A stretch of DNA of 64,000 nt from an uncultured Bacteriovorax sp. (GCA_964508305.1 CAZDSX010000001.1:43388-107387); one strand, 5' to 3'; positions 37,426 through 47,011 are shown, counted from the first letter of the stretch. Numbers and translations are program-made. Notes: a model not told the origin generated them from the sequence alone.

Positions 37426-38504
37426 TTTCAGACCATCTGGGAGAGGTCAGGCACGCCATGGAACTGATCAATGAGAGCACCAAGGATGTCGCCGCCTGGG
37501 TTTCCGGGTCCCGTACGCTGGAATCCGTCGAGAAGATTCCCGGTGATGCGAGTGCGCGCAAGTATTATCGCGTCCGCTTCAGGTCGCCGCTTGCCGTGGA
37601 CGGCGCCCTTTCCTGCATCGTCATGAAGACGGATCCGTTTGTTGACCAGGGCCTCGAGCTGCCCTTCCTCGTGGTTCGCGACCACCTTGAGCGCTCCGGT
37701 GTGCGTGTCCCGAGAACCTATGATGTCGACTCGGCCCGTGGCTTTGTGCTTCTGGAGGACCTCGGGGACACGACTCTCCTCCGGAGGCTCCAAGAGGTTT
37801 CCTCCCCCGAGGTCGAGCGCCATTCTTATGAGCGAGTGATCGATACGCTGGTTCAGCTGCACGTCAAGGCCGGCCCGGAGGGTGCACAAAGACAGCTTGA
37901 GGCCTTCCGCCTTCGCTTCGACCTTGAGAAGCTCATGTGGGAGATCAACTTCACGATCGAGCACTTTTATGAATTGCACCTCAAGCGGCGCATTTCTCCC
38001 GAACACAAGCAGCTCATGGTCGACGGTTTCACCGAGATCTGCACCCGCCTCGCGGCAGAGCCAACCGTCCTTACCCATCGTGATTTCCACAGCCGCAATG
38101 TGATGCTCACCCCTGGGCCGGGTGGAGACGAATATGTCATGATTGATTTCCAGGATGCGCGCATGGGCCCGGCGCAATACGACCTCGCCTCCCTGCTCAA
38201 GGACAGCTACTACCAGCTCGAAGAGGCACAGATCCAGCGACTGGCGGACTACTATGTCGCCCGCTTTGAGGCGGTTTCGAGTCGCCGCATCCAACGCGAC
38301 GCCTTCATGGAAATTTTTGATCTCATGGCCGTCCAGCGCAACTTCAAGGCGATCGGCAGCTTTGCGTCATTCCTGAATCGTCGCGGTGACGCCACCTACC
38401 TCAAGTACATCGGCAACACTTTTGAAAACATTCGAAGGACGCTGCTGAAGTATCCGAAGTATTCGCAGCTTCGGGAGGTCCTGTTCCATTACTACTATTT
38501 CTAA
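37422..38504 (+). CDS. amgK: aminoglycoside-phosphotransferase-fold sugar kinase, probable anomeric MurNAc/GlcNAc kinase AmgK
   Basis: APH/ChoK fold motifs (ARKYYRV, HRDFHSRNVM, IDFQDARMGP). Immediately followed by a nucleotidyltransferase (MurU-like) and a convergent anmK. Confidence 0.65.
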   Translation: MISDHLGEVRHAMELINESTKDVAAWVSGSRTLESVEKIPGDASARKYYRVRFRSPLAVDGALSCIVMKTDPFVDQGLELPFLVVRDHLERSGVRVPRTYDVDSARGFVLLEDLGDTTLLRRLQEVSSPEVERHSYERVIDTLVQLHVKAGPEGAQRQLEAFRLRFDLEKLMWEINFTIEHFYELHLKRRISPEHKQLMVDGFTEICTRLAAEPTVLTHRDFHSRNVMLTPGPGGDEYVMIDFQDARMGPAQYDLASLLKDSYYQLEEAQIQRLADYYVARFEAVSSRRIQRDAFMEIFDLMAVQRNFKAIGSFASFLNRRGDATYLKYIGNTFENIRRTLLKYPKYSQLREVLFHYYYF

Positions 38505-38511
38505 GCCGCTC

Positions 38512-39519
38512 GTGACGCGTGCCATGCTCATGGCTGCCGGCCTGGGCACCAGGCTGAGGCCCTTTTCTGAGCATGTTGCCAAGCCGTTGATTCCGGTCCT
38601 GGGGGTCCCTTGCGCGCAATTTGCAGTCGACTCGCTGGTGGCCTCGGGCGTGACCCGGATCGTGGCCAATGTGCACCATCTGTCAGCCCCCACTCGGGAA
38701 GGGCTTCAGGAGCTCGATCTCGGCGGGGCAAGCCTTGTGGTCAGCGATGAGAGCAAGCGGCTCCTGGGAAGTGGAGGCGGAATTGCCAAGGCGCTGGGTG
38801 AACTGGCGCCGGGTCCCTTCTTCATCACCAATGCCGATGTGATGTGTTCGATCGACTGGTCGGCACTGGCCCGAACGCACGCGCGCCTCAGGTCAATGTG
38901 GAATGTGGGGATCACGCTTGCCGTGATGCCCATCCCGCCCGATGCCGAGGAGCCCTATCGGGCCCTTGAGATCGATGCGGACTTTGAAAGGATCGTTGGA
39001 TTGGGCGAGAAGTCACGGACGGGCTGGATGTACATCGGCTGTGCGGTCGTGGAGCCCGAACTGTTCGTTGGTCTGTCTTCGGAGGAGCCGTTTGAGTTCG
39101 TACCCAGGGTCCTTGAGCCTGCCATTGCCTCCGGAAGAGCGGGAGTCCATCGTTTTGATGGCCGTTGGCTGGACATGGGGTCTCCTGGCTCCTGGTGGAG
39201 AGCCCACCTGAAGCTGCTGGATGAGCTTGAGACGGGAACGCTTCCGGCAGCATGGCGCGAGCGGATCGAGCGAAGCTCAAGGCGAGTCGCCTCCCGGTGC
39301 TGGGTCTCGCGAAGGGTGCGGCTTTGGTCGGACGCATCCGGCTGGCGCGCCCCATTTTTTTGGGACCCTCAATCGACCGGAGCCCACCGTGGCGGCCTTT
39401 CTCGGGAGGTCGGACCCTCGACCATCCTCTACGGTGACCTTCCGCAATCAGCCGAAGGCTCCGGGATCGGTGCCTATGGCATATGGTCACCTCAGGACCT
39501 CAAGCTCAGTCCCGGATGA
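38512..39519 (+). CDS. murU: sugar-1-phosphate nucleotidyltransferase, probable MurNAc-alpha-1-P uridylyltransferase MurU (with ~100-aa C-terminal extension)
   Basis: N-terminal AMLMAAGLGTRLRPFSEHVAKPLIPV glycosyltransferase-A nucleotidyltransferase motif. Paired with the AmgK-like kinase. Confidence 0.65.
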   Translation: MTRAMLMAAGLGTRLRPFSEHVAKPLIPVLGVPCAQFAVDSLVASGVTRIVANVHHLSAPTREGLQELDLGGASLVVSDESKRLLGSGGGIAKALGELAPGPFFITNADVMCSIDWSALARTHARLRSMWNVGITLAVMPIPPDAEEPYRALEIDADFERIVGLGEKSRTGWMYIGCAVVEPELFVGLSSEEPFEFVPRVLEPAIASGRAGVHRFDGRWLDMGSPGSWWRAHLKLLDELETGTLPAAWRERIERSSRRVASRCWVSRRVRLWSDASGWRAPFFWDPQSTGAHRGGLSREVGPSTILYGDLPQSAEGSGIGAYGIWSPQDLKLSPG

Positions 39520-40693
39520 TCGCGCGAAGGGACGCCACGGCCTTTTGCCAGTTTTTTCCGGGTGTGATCTTGGCTCCTGGTGCGTCGGTGCCGGCGCCCG
39601 TCCAGGGGCCTCCCGCGGAAAGCCCTTGAAGGGCCCTCAATCCCAGGAAGGCAAATGCGCACGACTCCATCTTTGTGGGGTCAATCCCGATATCGCGGGT
39701 GCTGCGCACAGGCACCTGCCAACCCATCAGGGAGAGCTCAATGGAGATGCACTCAAGAAGTGCCGGATTGAGTGCGCCACCGCCGCAGAAATAGATCGTC
39801 GAGAGTGGAAGTCCCGGGGAGAGGATGAAGCGAACATAATCCCGGGCGATGCTCCGGGCCGTTGCCACCGTGGCCGAGGCCAGTGCGTCCTCCAATGAGA
39901 GCCCCCTCACAACTCCCAGGACGGATGATTCTGGAAACTCGTCCCTGCCAGTCGACTTCGGCGGTTTGCGGGAAAAAAAGGCATTTGAAAGCAACCTCTC
40001 AATGGCGCGCTCATCCGGCGTGCCGCGGAGGCTGAGCCTGCCGCCCACATCGAAGGACTTCGCGCCACCGGTTCGATCGCGCATGATCGAGTCCATCCAG
40101 AAGTTTGCGGGGCCCGTATCCCAGGCCAGCGGGCCCTTGGTCTTGCCGATATATGTGAGGTTGCTCACTCCTCCCAGGTTGTGGAACGCCACTCCATCAC
40201 CCTTTTGGGCTGAACTGCGACCGATGAGGCGTGCAAGCTCCGCATGGAAGGCCGGAACGAGCGGGGCTCCCTGCCCGCCAGCGCAGAGGTCTCCCCAGCG
40301 AAAATCCGAAATCACGCTGATGCCCGTAGCAAGCGCGATCGACGCCGGTTCGCCCAGTTGCAGGGTGGACTTCGGTGGAAAGTGAGCAAGGGTCTGCCCG
40401 TGGTTGGCAATCCACATCGGGCGCTGCCGCGGATGGCGCGCAAGGAGCTTCCGGCAGCTTGCCCCATACCAATCGCCCAGGTCTCGGTGGAGACCCAGCC
40501 ACTCGCGAATGGGAGCCCTGACCCCGGCCTCCTGGAGGGAAAGCACGCGATCACGGAGCGGGCGCGGGTAGGGGAGCGACTCGCTCCAGAGCACCCGGAA
40601 GTCCTTGCCGGAGAATTGAACGCAACTTGCGTCGAGACCGTCGCAAGAGGTGCCAGTCATCACGCCAAGGATCGTGGTTCTCGATGGTATCAT
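39506..40693 (-). CDS. anmK: anhydro-N-acetylmuramic acid kinase
   Basis: MIPSRTTILGVMTGTSCDGLDAS (AnmK N-terminal signature) and full-length family similarity. Start ATG 40693. Confidence 0.85.
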   Translation of the reverse strand: MIPSRTTILGVMTGTSCDGLDASCVQFSGKDFRVLWSESLPYPRPLRDRVLSLQEAGVRAPIREWLGLHRDLGDWYGASCRKLLARHPRQRPMWIANHGQTLAHFPPKSTLQLGEPASIALATGISVISDFRWGDLCAGGQGAPLVPAFHAELARLIGRSSAQKGDGVAFHNLGGVSNLTYIGKTKGPLAWDTGPANFWMDSIMRDRTGGAKSFDVGGRLSLRGTPDERAIERLLSNAFFSRKPPKSTGRDEFPESSVLGVVRGLSLEDALASATVATARSIARDYVRFILSPGLPLSTIYFCGGGALNPALLECISIELSLMGWQVPVRSTRDIGIDPTKMESCAFAFLGLRALQGLSAGGPWTGAGTDAPGAKITPGKNWQKAVASLRAIIRD

Positions 40694-40866
40694 TTCTTTT
40701 GTACCTGAATCACACCTTCGGGGCAGACGCCCACGCAACGAAGGTGCTCATCGCAAAGATCCGGGTCCACCACGAAAACCGGCGCTGCCGGGATGATGGC
40801 ATGGGATGGACACTCGTCGAGGCAGGCACCACAGCGAGTGCAGCCATTGAGGATGATTGCCGCCAT
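40690..40866 (-). CDS. small 2x[4Fe-4S]-type ferredoxin (58 aa), not in the supplied ORF track
   Basis: Translated by hand: MAAIILNGCTRCGACLDECPSHAIIPAAPVFVVDPDLCDEHLRCVGVCPEGVIQVQKK. CxxCxxCxxxCP motif plus a second Cys cluster. Its TGA overlaps the anmK ATG (ATGA). Confidence 0.5.
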   Translation of the reverse strand: MAAIILNGCTRCGACLDECPSHAIIPAAPVFVVDPDLCDEHLRCVGVCPEGVIQVQKK

Positions 40867-40947
40867 GCAAAAATAGTAGCTTGCCGCTCCCTATTCGGCC
40901 AGCGCCACTCGTTGACAAGCTTCGAGCGTACCGGCGAATCTATCGGC

Positions 40948-41655
40948 ATGCGACTCATCCAGGCACCACGAGAGCTCCTTCTGGCATCGGCAAGCCTCTT
41001 TGCTCTGGTGCCCCTTTCAGTCGTGACGGCGGGAGTGTTTTCGACGCACGTTTGGTGGGACCTTCCCGTCGGAGAACTTCGATGGGTGGGGTGGATCATC
41101 CTCATTCTGATTGCACCGCTCTCCTGGCGCCTCATGATGGGCCGCCGCGGCGCCTTCGAGAGCCTGGTCGTCGTCATTGGCCTGCTCTGTCTTTTCCTCG
41201 GGGTGCGCGCCCTTGCCATGAGGGGCACCCTGCAGGGTGTCTGGACTTTGACGCTCACGGGGCTGTGCGTGTCGCTGTTGGCGTGGATTCGGCGTGAGCT
41301 TGCTGCACCCTACTTCGACCCACGCATGGGATGGTTTGCAGGATTGCCGCCCGCCATGGTTCCGGTGGAGGCACGTTGGTTGGATCTGGACTCGACGCTG
41401 TCGGTGGCGCGGCTCGGCCCCACAGGAGTATTCGTTTTTTCTTCCCACGGCGCGCCTCCCTCTGGGCAGGTTGGAGAATTGGAGCTCTCGTTTCGGGAGC
41501 GAAAAGTTCGCCTGACCGGGAGCGTTGTGAGACAATTCAGCCATCCCGGAGCAGGTTGGGGGGCGGGAGTCAGGTTTGGCCCCCTGGCGCCGGATGCCAA
41601 GAAGGACTTTGGAGACTTTCTCAATGCGATTCGAGCCGAAGGGCACATTAGCTGA
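40948..41655 (+). CDS. integral membrane protein with C-terminal PilZ-like domain (tentative)
   Basis: Start at MRLIQAPREL. Four predicted TM helices, C-terminal beta-rich domain with RRELAAP...DLDSTLS weakly resembling PilZ motifs. The upstream TTG-initiated extension is rejected. Confidence 0.35.
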   Translation: MRLIQAPRELLLASASLFALVPLSVVTAGVFSTHVWWDLPVGELRWVGWIILILIAPLSWRLMMGRRGAFESLVVVIGLLCLFLGVRALAMRGTLQGVWTLTLTGLCVSLLAWIRRELAAPYFDPRMGWFAGLPPAMVPVEARWLDLDSTLSVARLGPTGVFVFSSHGAPPSGQVGELELSFRERKVRLTGSVVRQFSHPGAGWGAGVRFGPLAPDAKKDFGDFLNAIRAEGHIS

Positions 41656-42121
41656 AGTTCGAGGGATCGTCGCGGTGGCGATGGCGGTGGCGTTGACCGC
41701 GATCGCGGGCTGCAGTTCCTCGCGGCGCACGGCCGACGACCCGAAGGCCTTTCTCCAGGATTACATCTCCCAAAGTTTTGCTGTGAACCAGGTCAGGGAC
41801 CGTGACGTGCTGATCCGCTACCTCACGGGCGCCGCCAAAACGCGCCTTGCCGCCTGGAGTGATGAGCAGTTCGTCGAGGCCTTCATCAACAGCAAGCGAC
41901 AGTTCGTGAAGCTCGCGTTCTCGGAAGTGAAGACGCAGAATCCGAGGGAAGTGGCCATCACCTACGAGCTCACCTACCTTGACCAGAGCAAGGGCCACGA
42001 TGCCAAGGTAACCCACAAGAAGTTCGCACAGCTGGTGCGCTCGGACGAGAAGTGGCTCATCTCCGAGGTCAGGAACCTCAAGGAACTCATCGAATACAAG
42101 AACGAGATGTCGCTGCCTTAA
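41624..42121 (+). CDS. hypothetical lipoprotein
   Basis: MRFEPKGTLAEVRGIVAVAMAVALTAIAGC lipobox. Confidence 0.4.
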   Translation: MRFEPKGTLAEVRGIVAVAMAVALTAIAGCSSSRRTADDPKAFLQDYISQSFAVNQVRDRDVLIRYLTGAAKTRLAAWSDEQFVEAFINSKRQFVKLAFSEVKTQNPREVAITYELTYLDQSKGHDAKVTHKKFAQLVRSDEKWLISEVRNLKELIEYKNEMSLP

Positions 42122-42525
42122 AAGGGCGCCGTCCCATAGTCTGGGGTCGTGGGAATCGTGTTCCGGATACTGACGCTGCTCCAGTTCACGCCGGAAACTC
42201 CGGTGTCGTAGTTCTGGTTCCCGCGCGAGGACTTGAGCGTGGCGTTGAAGCTTGAGCTATCGTACTCCGCCCGGATTTTGAGGGGACTCTCCGCCGGGGC
42301 AGAAAGGGATTCGAGGCGCAGGATGTCGTTTTGTCCGGCGCGACGGTAGATTTTGGCCGTCCCGGTGACCTCCTTGCCCGAGGTTATGGTGAAGAAGATG
42401 CCCGTGCGGACGACGGATCCCGTCGGAGGGCTTTCCAGCAGGTAGGGGTTTGCGCCAAGCCCAATCCCTCCGCAGGACGAGTGTGTCAGCAGAGACACGC
42501 AGCTTAAAAGCCAGGTGATCGCCAT
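42118..42525 (-). CDS. hypothetical secreted/lipoprotein
   Basis: MAITWLLSCVSLLTHSSCGG signal sequence. Convergent 4-nt overlap with the upstream gene. Confidence 0.35.
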   Translation of the reverse strand: MAITWLLSCVSLLTHSSCGGIGLGANPYLLESPPTGSVVRTGIFFTITSGKEVTGTAKIYRRAGQNDILRLESLSAPAESPLKIRAEYDSSSFNATLKSSRGNQNYDTGVSGVNWSSVSIRNTIPTTPDYGTAPF

Positions 42526-42637
42526 GAGGGCAGGGTTTGCGCGGCGCTTGGAAGCTGTTCTTGGCATGGGTGTCAAAAGTCCCTCAATCAATCATTCCAT
42601 AGTGCCGATACGCTTTCAAGAAAGGGACTTTCCTCCA

Positions 42638-43291
42638 ATGGATGACTCTTCACTACCGGAACTCCCGGTCCTGCTTGAGGCACAGTCGGTGACTGACTTG
42701 AGTCCTGCGGCGCAAGGGGCGATGTTCCTTGATGAGTCGGCGATCGCCATCAATGCGAGCAAGCTTGCGGCACTTGAGGGGATGGCCGGGCTCTTGGGTC
42801 GTGATCTGTCCTACCAGGACTTCATGAGGGAGATCCTCCTTGTCTTCCTCAAGGCCATCAAGTGCGAGGCAGGATCCCTGTTCGAAGCAGAACCGGATGG
42901 AAAGGTGCTTTTTTTCAGGGCGGTCGCCGGCCAGAGCTCCGACCAGCTGGACAGCATCCGGATTCCTGCGGGCAAGGGGATCGTGGGCCACGTGCATGAA
43001 AGTCGCCAGATCACCCATGTCGCGGACTGCAGCAAGGACGATCGATTCCTGAAAACCGTGGGGGATGCCGTGGGCTTCCAGACCCGCAACCTCATTGCGG
43101 CACCCATTGTCATCCGCGGCCGCGTTTTCGGCGTGGTCGAGGTGATCAATAGAATGGGTGAGGGTGGCTTCACGAGCGAGGACATCGAGCTCATCGGATA
43201 TCTTTGCGATGCGGCCTCCAAGTTCATCGAGGCCAGGCTGGTGATGAACTGGGTTGCAACCCTGGGCGTTCCTGAACAAAAGGCGGCCTGA
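42638..43291 (+). CDS. GAF-domain protein (stand-alone), translationally coupled to pilT
   Basis: Start MDDSSLPEL (42638). GAF core FEAEPDGKVLFFRAVAGQ...IPAGKGIVGHV...DCSKDDRF...NLIAAPIVIRGRVFGVVEVINR. Its TGA overlaps the pilT ATG (TGATG). Confidence 0.65.
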   Translation: MDDSSLPELPVLLEAQSVTDLSPAAQGAMFLDESAIAINASKLAALEGMAGLLGRDLSYQDFMREILLVFLKAIKCEAGSLFEAEPDGKVLFFRAVAGQSSDQLDSIRIPAGKGIVGHVHESRQITHVADCSKDDRFLKTVGDAVGFQTRNLIAAPIVIRGRVFGVVEVINRMGEGGFTSEDIELIGYLCDAASKFIEARLVMNWVATLGVPEQKAA

Positions 43292-44406
43292 TGTCCTCTC
43301 CTGCGCGTCTGCCTCCCGCTTCGCGGTCCATGCAGATCGACATCCACTACCTGGTCGAAGCGCTGGTTCGTTTCAGCGCCTCGGACCTGCATCTCAAGGT
43401 GGGGCGACCGCCCATTTTCCGGATCAACGGAAAACTCGTGCCCGCCAAGATGCCTCCACTGGACTCCGAGACCGTGGAGCGGATCGTGGTGGGACTTCTT
43501 ACCAAGCGACAACAGCAGGAGCTTGAATCCAAGCTTCAGGTGGATCTGTCCTTCAGGATCGGGGATCTGGGGCGCTTCAGGTGCAATGTCTACCAGCAGC
43601 GAAACACGCTATCCGCCGCAATTCGCATGATTCCGGTCCAAATTCCGCGGTTTGAGTCACTTGGGGTTCCTCCAGTGCTCAAGGAACTCGCGCAGCGGTC
43701 CCATGGACTCATCTTGGTGACCGGAGCCACGGGTGCGGGAAAGTCTACGACGCTTGCCGCCCTTGTGAACTACCTCAATGAGACGCAGCCCATCCACATC
43801 CTCACGATTGAGGATCCGATTGAGTTTGTTTATCGCGACCAGAAGGCTTCCGTCACGCAGCGTGAAGTGGGGACTGATACGATGTCCCTTCACGAGGCCC
43901 TGCACGCGGGGCTCAGGCAGGATCCCGACGTGGTTGTGCTGGGCGAAATGCGAGATTACGAGACCATGAAGGTGGCCATGACTGCAGCGGAGACCGGGCA
44001 CTTGGTTCTCTCGACGCTGCACACGGTGGATGCCCGAGGTACGGTCGAGCGCATCTTGGATATGGTTCCGTCTGGAGCACAAAACCAGATGAGGCTCCAG
44101 CTGGCGTCTTCCTTGGTTGCCGTGGTTTCGCAGCAGCTCGTTCCCCGGGCGGACCGAAAGGGTCGGGCACTCGCCGCAGAGGTTTTGGTCAACTCCCCGG
44201 CCATCGAGAACCTGATTGCCAACAACCAGGTGGATCGAATCGCCGAACTCATCGCGTCATCAACGGACTATTACCAGATGCAGACGATGAACCAGGCCCT
44301 ATTAAAGCTGACCGAGTCGGGAGTCATCACTGCCGCTGATGCCATCAAGGCCTCCTCGCATCCGGGTGAGCTTACCCAGCTTCTTTCAGGCATTGTGCGA
44401 GAGTAG
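43291..44406 (+). CDS. pilT: type IV pilus retraction ATPase PilT/PilU family
   Basis: GLILVTGATGAGKSTTLAALVNYLN (Walker A), ILTIEDPIEF, VVVLGEMRDYETM (Walker B/Asp box), His box LVLSTLHT. Confidence 0.9.
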   Translation: MSSPARLPPASRSMQIDIHYLVEALVRFSASDLHLKVGRPPIFRINGKLVPAKMPPLDSETVERIVVGLLTKRQQQELESKLQVDLSFRIGDLGRFRCNVYQQRNTLSAAIRMIPVQIPRFESLGVPPVLKELAQRSHGLILVTGATGAGKSTTLAALVNYLNETQPIHILTIEDPIEFVYRDQKASVTQREVGTDTMSLHEALHAGLRQDPDVVVLGEMRDYETMKVAMTAAETGHLVLSTLHTVDARGTVERILDMVPSGAQNQMRLQLASSLVAVVSQQLVPRADRKGRALAAEVLVNSPAIENLIANNQVDRIAELIASSTDYYQMQTMNQALLKLTESGVITAADAIKASSHPGELTQLLSGIVRE

Positions 44407-44433
44407 TCGGATCGGTTAGCCTTGAAGGCCATC

Positions 44434-45228
44434 ATGGCGTTCTTGTTGCTCTGGCTGCTGGCGGCGATGCCAGGCCTCCTCTTCGCGAGCGGGATCCTCT
44501 GCTCCATTTTACTGATCTGGTTTCAGCCATCGGGCGCAGTGCCGGCTTCGCTCCTTGCGACGGCCGTGGCAGCAGCATTTTGGGTCTGGATCCTCCCATC
44601 GGTACTTTATCGCCGCCTGCTTGCGAGCCTGCCCCTGGTGGAGGACGAGGCACTGGGGCGCAGCTGGGCCCGGGCCTTTGATGGAATGCCTGACCCGGGA
44701 GTTGAGCCGGGACTTCGGCTCATTCAGGAGGCAACTCCCTTCCTTCTGGTTCTCAAGGCGCCCTTTCGGCCCCCTCTTCTGGTGGTTTCCTCGGGCTGGC
44801 TTTTTGTCTTTGGAGAGGATGCATTCCGCGCCGCATGCCGGCGCTCGGTGACGCGGATGCAGTCCGACGGTTTGGAGCTTTGGACTTGTGGCGCAGTGTT
44901 GGTCAGGGCCCTGCAAGTGGGCTTGTCGAGTGCCTTTGCCTCCCTGGTTCTGTCTCCTGCATCGGAGCGCTCGGGCAGGCTGCGGCTTTCTCCATGGCGC
45001 ATGGCCCTCAGCCTTCCTGTGCTGGCGTGGATCGCCTGGATTCGGGCAGTGCTCCGACTGGAGCCCCTGCCAGCCTCGCATGGCCCTGGAGAGTCCGCCT
45101 CGGTCGACTGGCCGGGCAGGGGAGCGCCCGGCTTTGCGGTGCTCCATCAACTCTTGTCCCTCGACGCAATTCCGGCCGATCGGCACGGCCAAAGATCCAT
45201 CTTGTCCTGGATTCCGGGGCATTGGTAA
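44434..45228 (+). CDS. hypothetical integral membrane protein
   Basis: Multiple hydrophobic helices. Start at ATG 44434 or TTG 44422. Confidence 0.4.
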   Translation: MAFLLLWLLAAMPGLLFASGILCSILLIWFQPSGAVPASLLATAVAAAFWVWILPSVLYRRLLASLPLVEDEALGRSWARAFDGMPDPGVEPGLRLIQEATPFLLVLKAPFRPPLLVVSSGWLFVFGEDAFRAACRRSVTRMQSDGLELWTCGAVLVRALQVGLSSAFASLVLSPASERSGRLRLSPWRMALSLPVLAWIAWIRAVLRLEPLPASHGPGESASVDWPGRGAPGFAVLHQLLSLDAIPADRHGQRSILSWIPGHW

Positions 45229-45266
45229 TCCACTTCGGACGATAGAAGACCCAAAAGGAGCGGAAC

Positions 45267-45518
45267 GTGAAAGCAAACCTTCCCAAGCTCGACTTCACCA
45301 CTTTTGTCCTGTCTGTCTCTTCTGCGGCATTTGGATCCCTGACAGGCGAGGCCGGCATCCCGGTGGATCTGGAGCTTGCAAGGCAGAACATCGACCTGCT
45401 CGAGATGCTGCAGGAGAAGACGCAGGGAAATCTTTCACCCGAAGAGTCCGGTCTTTTGCAGCAGCTCCTTTTTCAAGTTCGCATGAAGTACGTTGAGTCA
45501 TTGGGAGAAGTGAAATGA
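45267..45518 (+). CDS. small hypothetical protein co-operonic with degP (GTG start)
   Basis: 83 aa, high GC3, 4-nt overlap with degP start. Confidence 0.4.
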   Translation: MKANLPKLDFTTFVLSVSSAAFGSLTGEAGIPVDLELARQNIDLLEMLQEKTQGNLSPEESGLLQQLLFQVRMKYVESLGEVK

Positions 45519-47011
45519 GATTCCTTCCGCGCTGCGCTTTGTTCATGCTCGTGCCGATTGCCTCGGCTGTCCCCGCCTTGTCGGCGGCGCCAGAGAGCAA
45601 TGTCTATGTCCAACTTGCCAAGAAAGCCGTGCCCTCGGTGGTCAATATCTCCACCCTTACGGTCGTCAAGCAGCCGGCCTATGGAGGGAATGAGGGCGAT
45701 CCCTTCCGCCGATTCTTTGAGGATTATTTCCGCTTCCATGGCGGGATGCCGGGGGGGCCGCAGGGGCCGCAGGGGAATGACCCGGAAGAGGCGCCGGCAC
45801 CCCAGTTTCCAGGGGGAAAGGCGCCCAAGGCGATGTCGCTGGGAACGGGCTTTATCATTGATTCCTCGGGTCTCATCCTCACCAACAACCATGTGGTAGC
45901 CGGCGCGGATGAGATCAAGATCAGCTTCACCGAGGAGGCCGACGAAAAGCCGACGGATGGTGAGGTAGTCGGGCGCGATGCAGAGCTCGATGTGGCGCTG
46001 ATCCGCGTGAAGACCAAGCGTGAGATGAGGCCACTTGAGTTCGGCGACTCGGATGCACTGGAGGTGGGTGAGTACGTCGCCGCCGTCGGTAATCCCTTTG
46101 GACAGGGCCACTCCGTGACCCACGGAATCATCTCCGCCAAGGACCGCGCTGCCCCCGAGTTCCCGCTTGCCAAATACCTGCAGACCGACGCCCCCATCAA
46201 CCCGGGCAATTCCGGAGGGCCGCTGCTGAACCTCAAGGGTGAGGTCATCGGAATCAACAACGCGATTGACCAGCGCGCCCAGGGAATCGGCTTTGCCATC
46301 CCGATCAACGCAGTGAAGTCGATCCTGCCCCAGCTCAAGGCCAAGGGGAGCGTGACCCGCGGATACATCGGCGTGTTGGTCAACCCCCTCACCCCGGAGG
46401 TTTCAAAGCAGATCGGCGCGGCACAGGATCTTGTGGCCCCCTTTGTCACGCACGTCTATCCCGGGGATCCGGCCGACAAGGCTGGCATCAAGCCTTATGA
46501 CGTGATCCTTGAGTTCAACGGCAAGCGCATCAAGTCCTTCAGCGACCTGATCTCGGCAGTCACGCTCGTCCCGGTTGGAAAGAGTGCAGAGGTCAAGCTC
46601 ATCCGTTCGGGGAAGGAAAAGCTCGTCTCGATTACAGTGAGCGAGCGACCGGGGGCGCGAGCAGAGCGCAAGCGAGAGAAGCAACAGAAGAAGGAAAAGA
46701 AGCCCGATGCACCGGTCGAAACCGGGATGCAGCTTGAGGAGCTCAGTGAGCCCGCGGCTCGCGATCTGGGCATCCCGCGCGGGATGAAAGGTGCGCTGGT
46801 TTCGACCGTGGCTTACGGCGGACCGGCCGACCAGGCTGGACTCATGCGAGGCGACCTCATTGTCGAAGTGGATCGAAAGGCAGTCCGATCCGTGGGTGAG
46901 TTTTTCGAGGTCGTGCGAGCCAAGAAGTCCTACCTGCTTCGCGTCAGGCGGCTCGATCCGCAAGGCCGCGACTCGTTTGCGGTCGTCGTGCTGGATCTCA
47001 AGGCCCAATAA
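45515..47011 (+). CDS. degP: periplasmic serine endoprotease DegP/DegQ (HtrA family, two PDZ domains)
   Basis: Signal peptide. Trypsin-like GTGFIIDSSGLILTNNHVV (His), D, GNSGGPL (Ser). Two PDZ regions GALVSTVAYGGPADQAGLMRGDLIVEVD. Confidence 0.9.
   Translation: MRFLPRCALFMLVPIASAVPALSAAPESNVYVQLAKKAVPSVVNISTLTVVKQPAYGGNEGDPFRRFFEDYFRFHGGMPGGPQGPQGNDPEEAPAPQFPGGKAPKAMSLGTGFIIDSSGLILTNNHVVAGADEIKISFTEEADEKPTDGEVVGRDAELDVALIRVKTKREMRPLEFGDSDALEVGEYVAAVGNPFGQGHSVTHGIISAKDRAAPEFPLAKYLQTDAPINPGNSGGPLLNLKGEVIGINNAIDQRAQGIGFAIPINAVKSILPQLKAKGSVTRGYIGVLVNPLTPEVSKQIGAAQDLVAPFVTHVYPGDPADKAGIKPYDVILEFNGKRIKSFSDLISAVTLVPVGKSAEVKLIRSGKEKLVSITVSERPGARAERKREKQQKKEKKPDAPVETGMQLEELSEPAARDLGIPRGMKGALVSTVAYGGPADQAGLMRGDLIVEVDRKAVRSVGEFFEVVRAKKSYLLRVRRLDPQGRDSFAVVVLDLKAQ

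Noticed and set aside
40627-40947. TTG-initiated N-terminal extension of the PilZ-like membrane protein ORF
   Set aside because: Overlaps the anmK start and the hand-identified ferredoxin gene on the other strand. The natural start MRLIQAPREL is at 40948.
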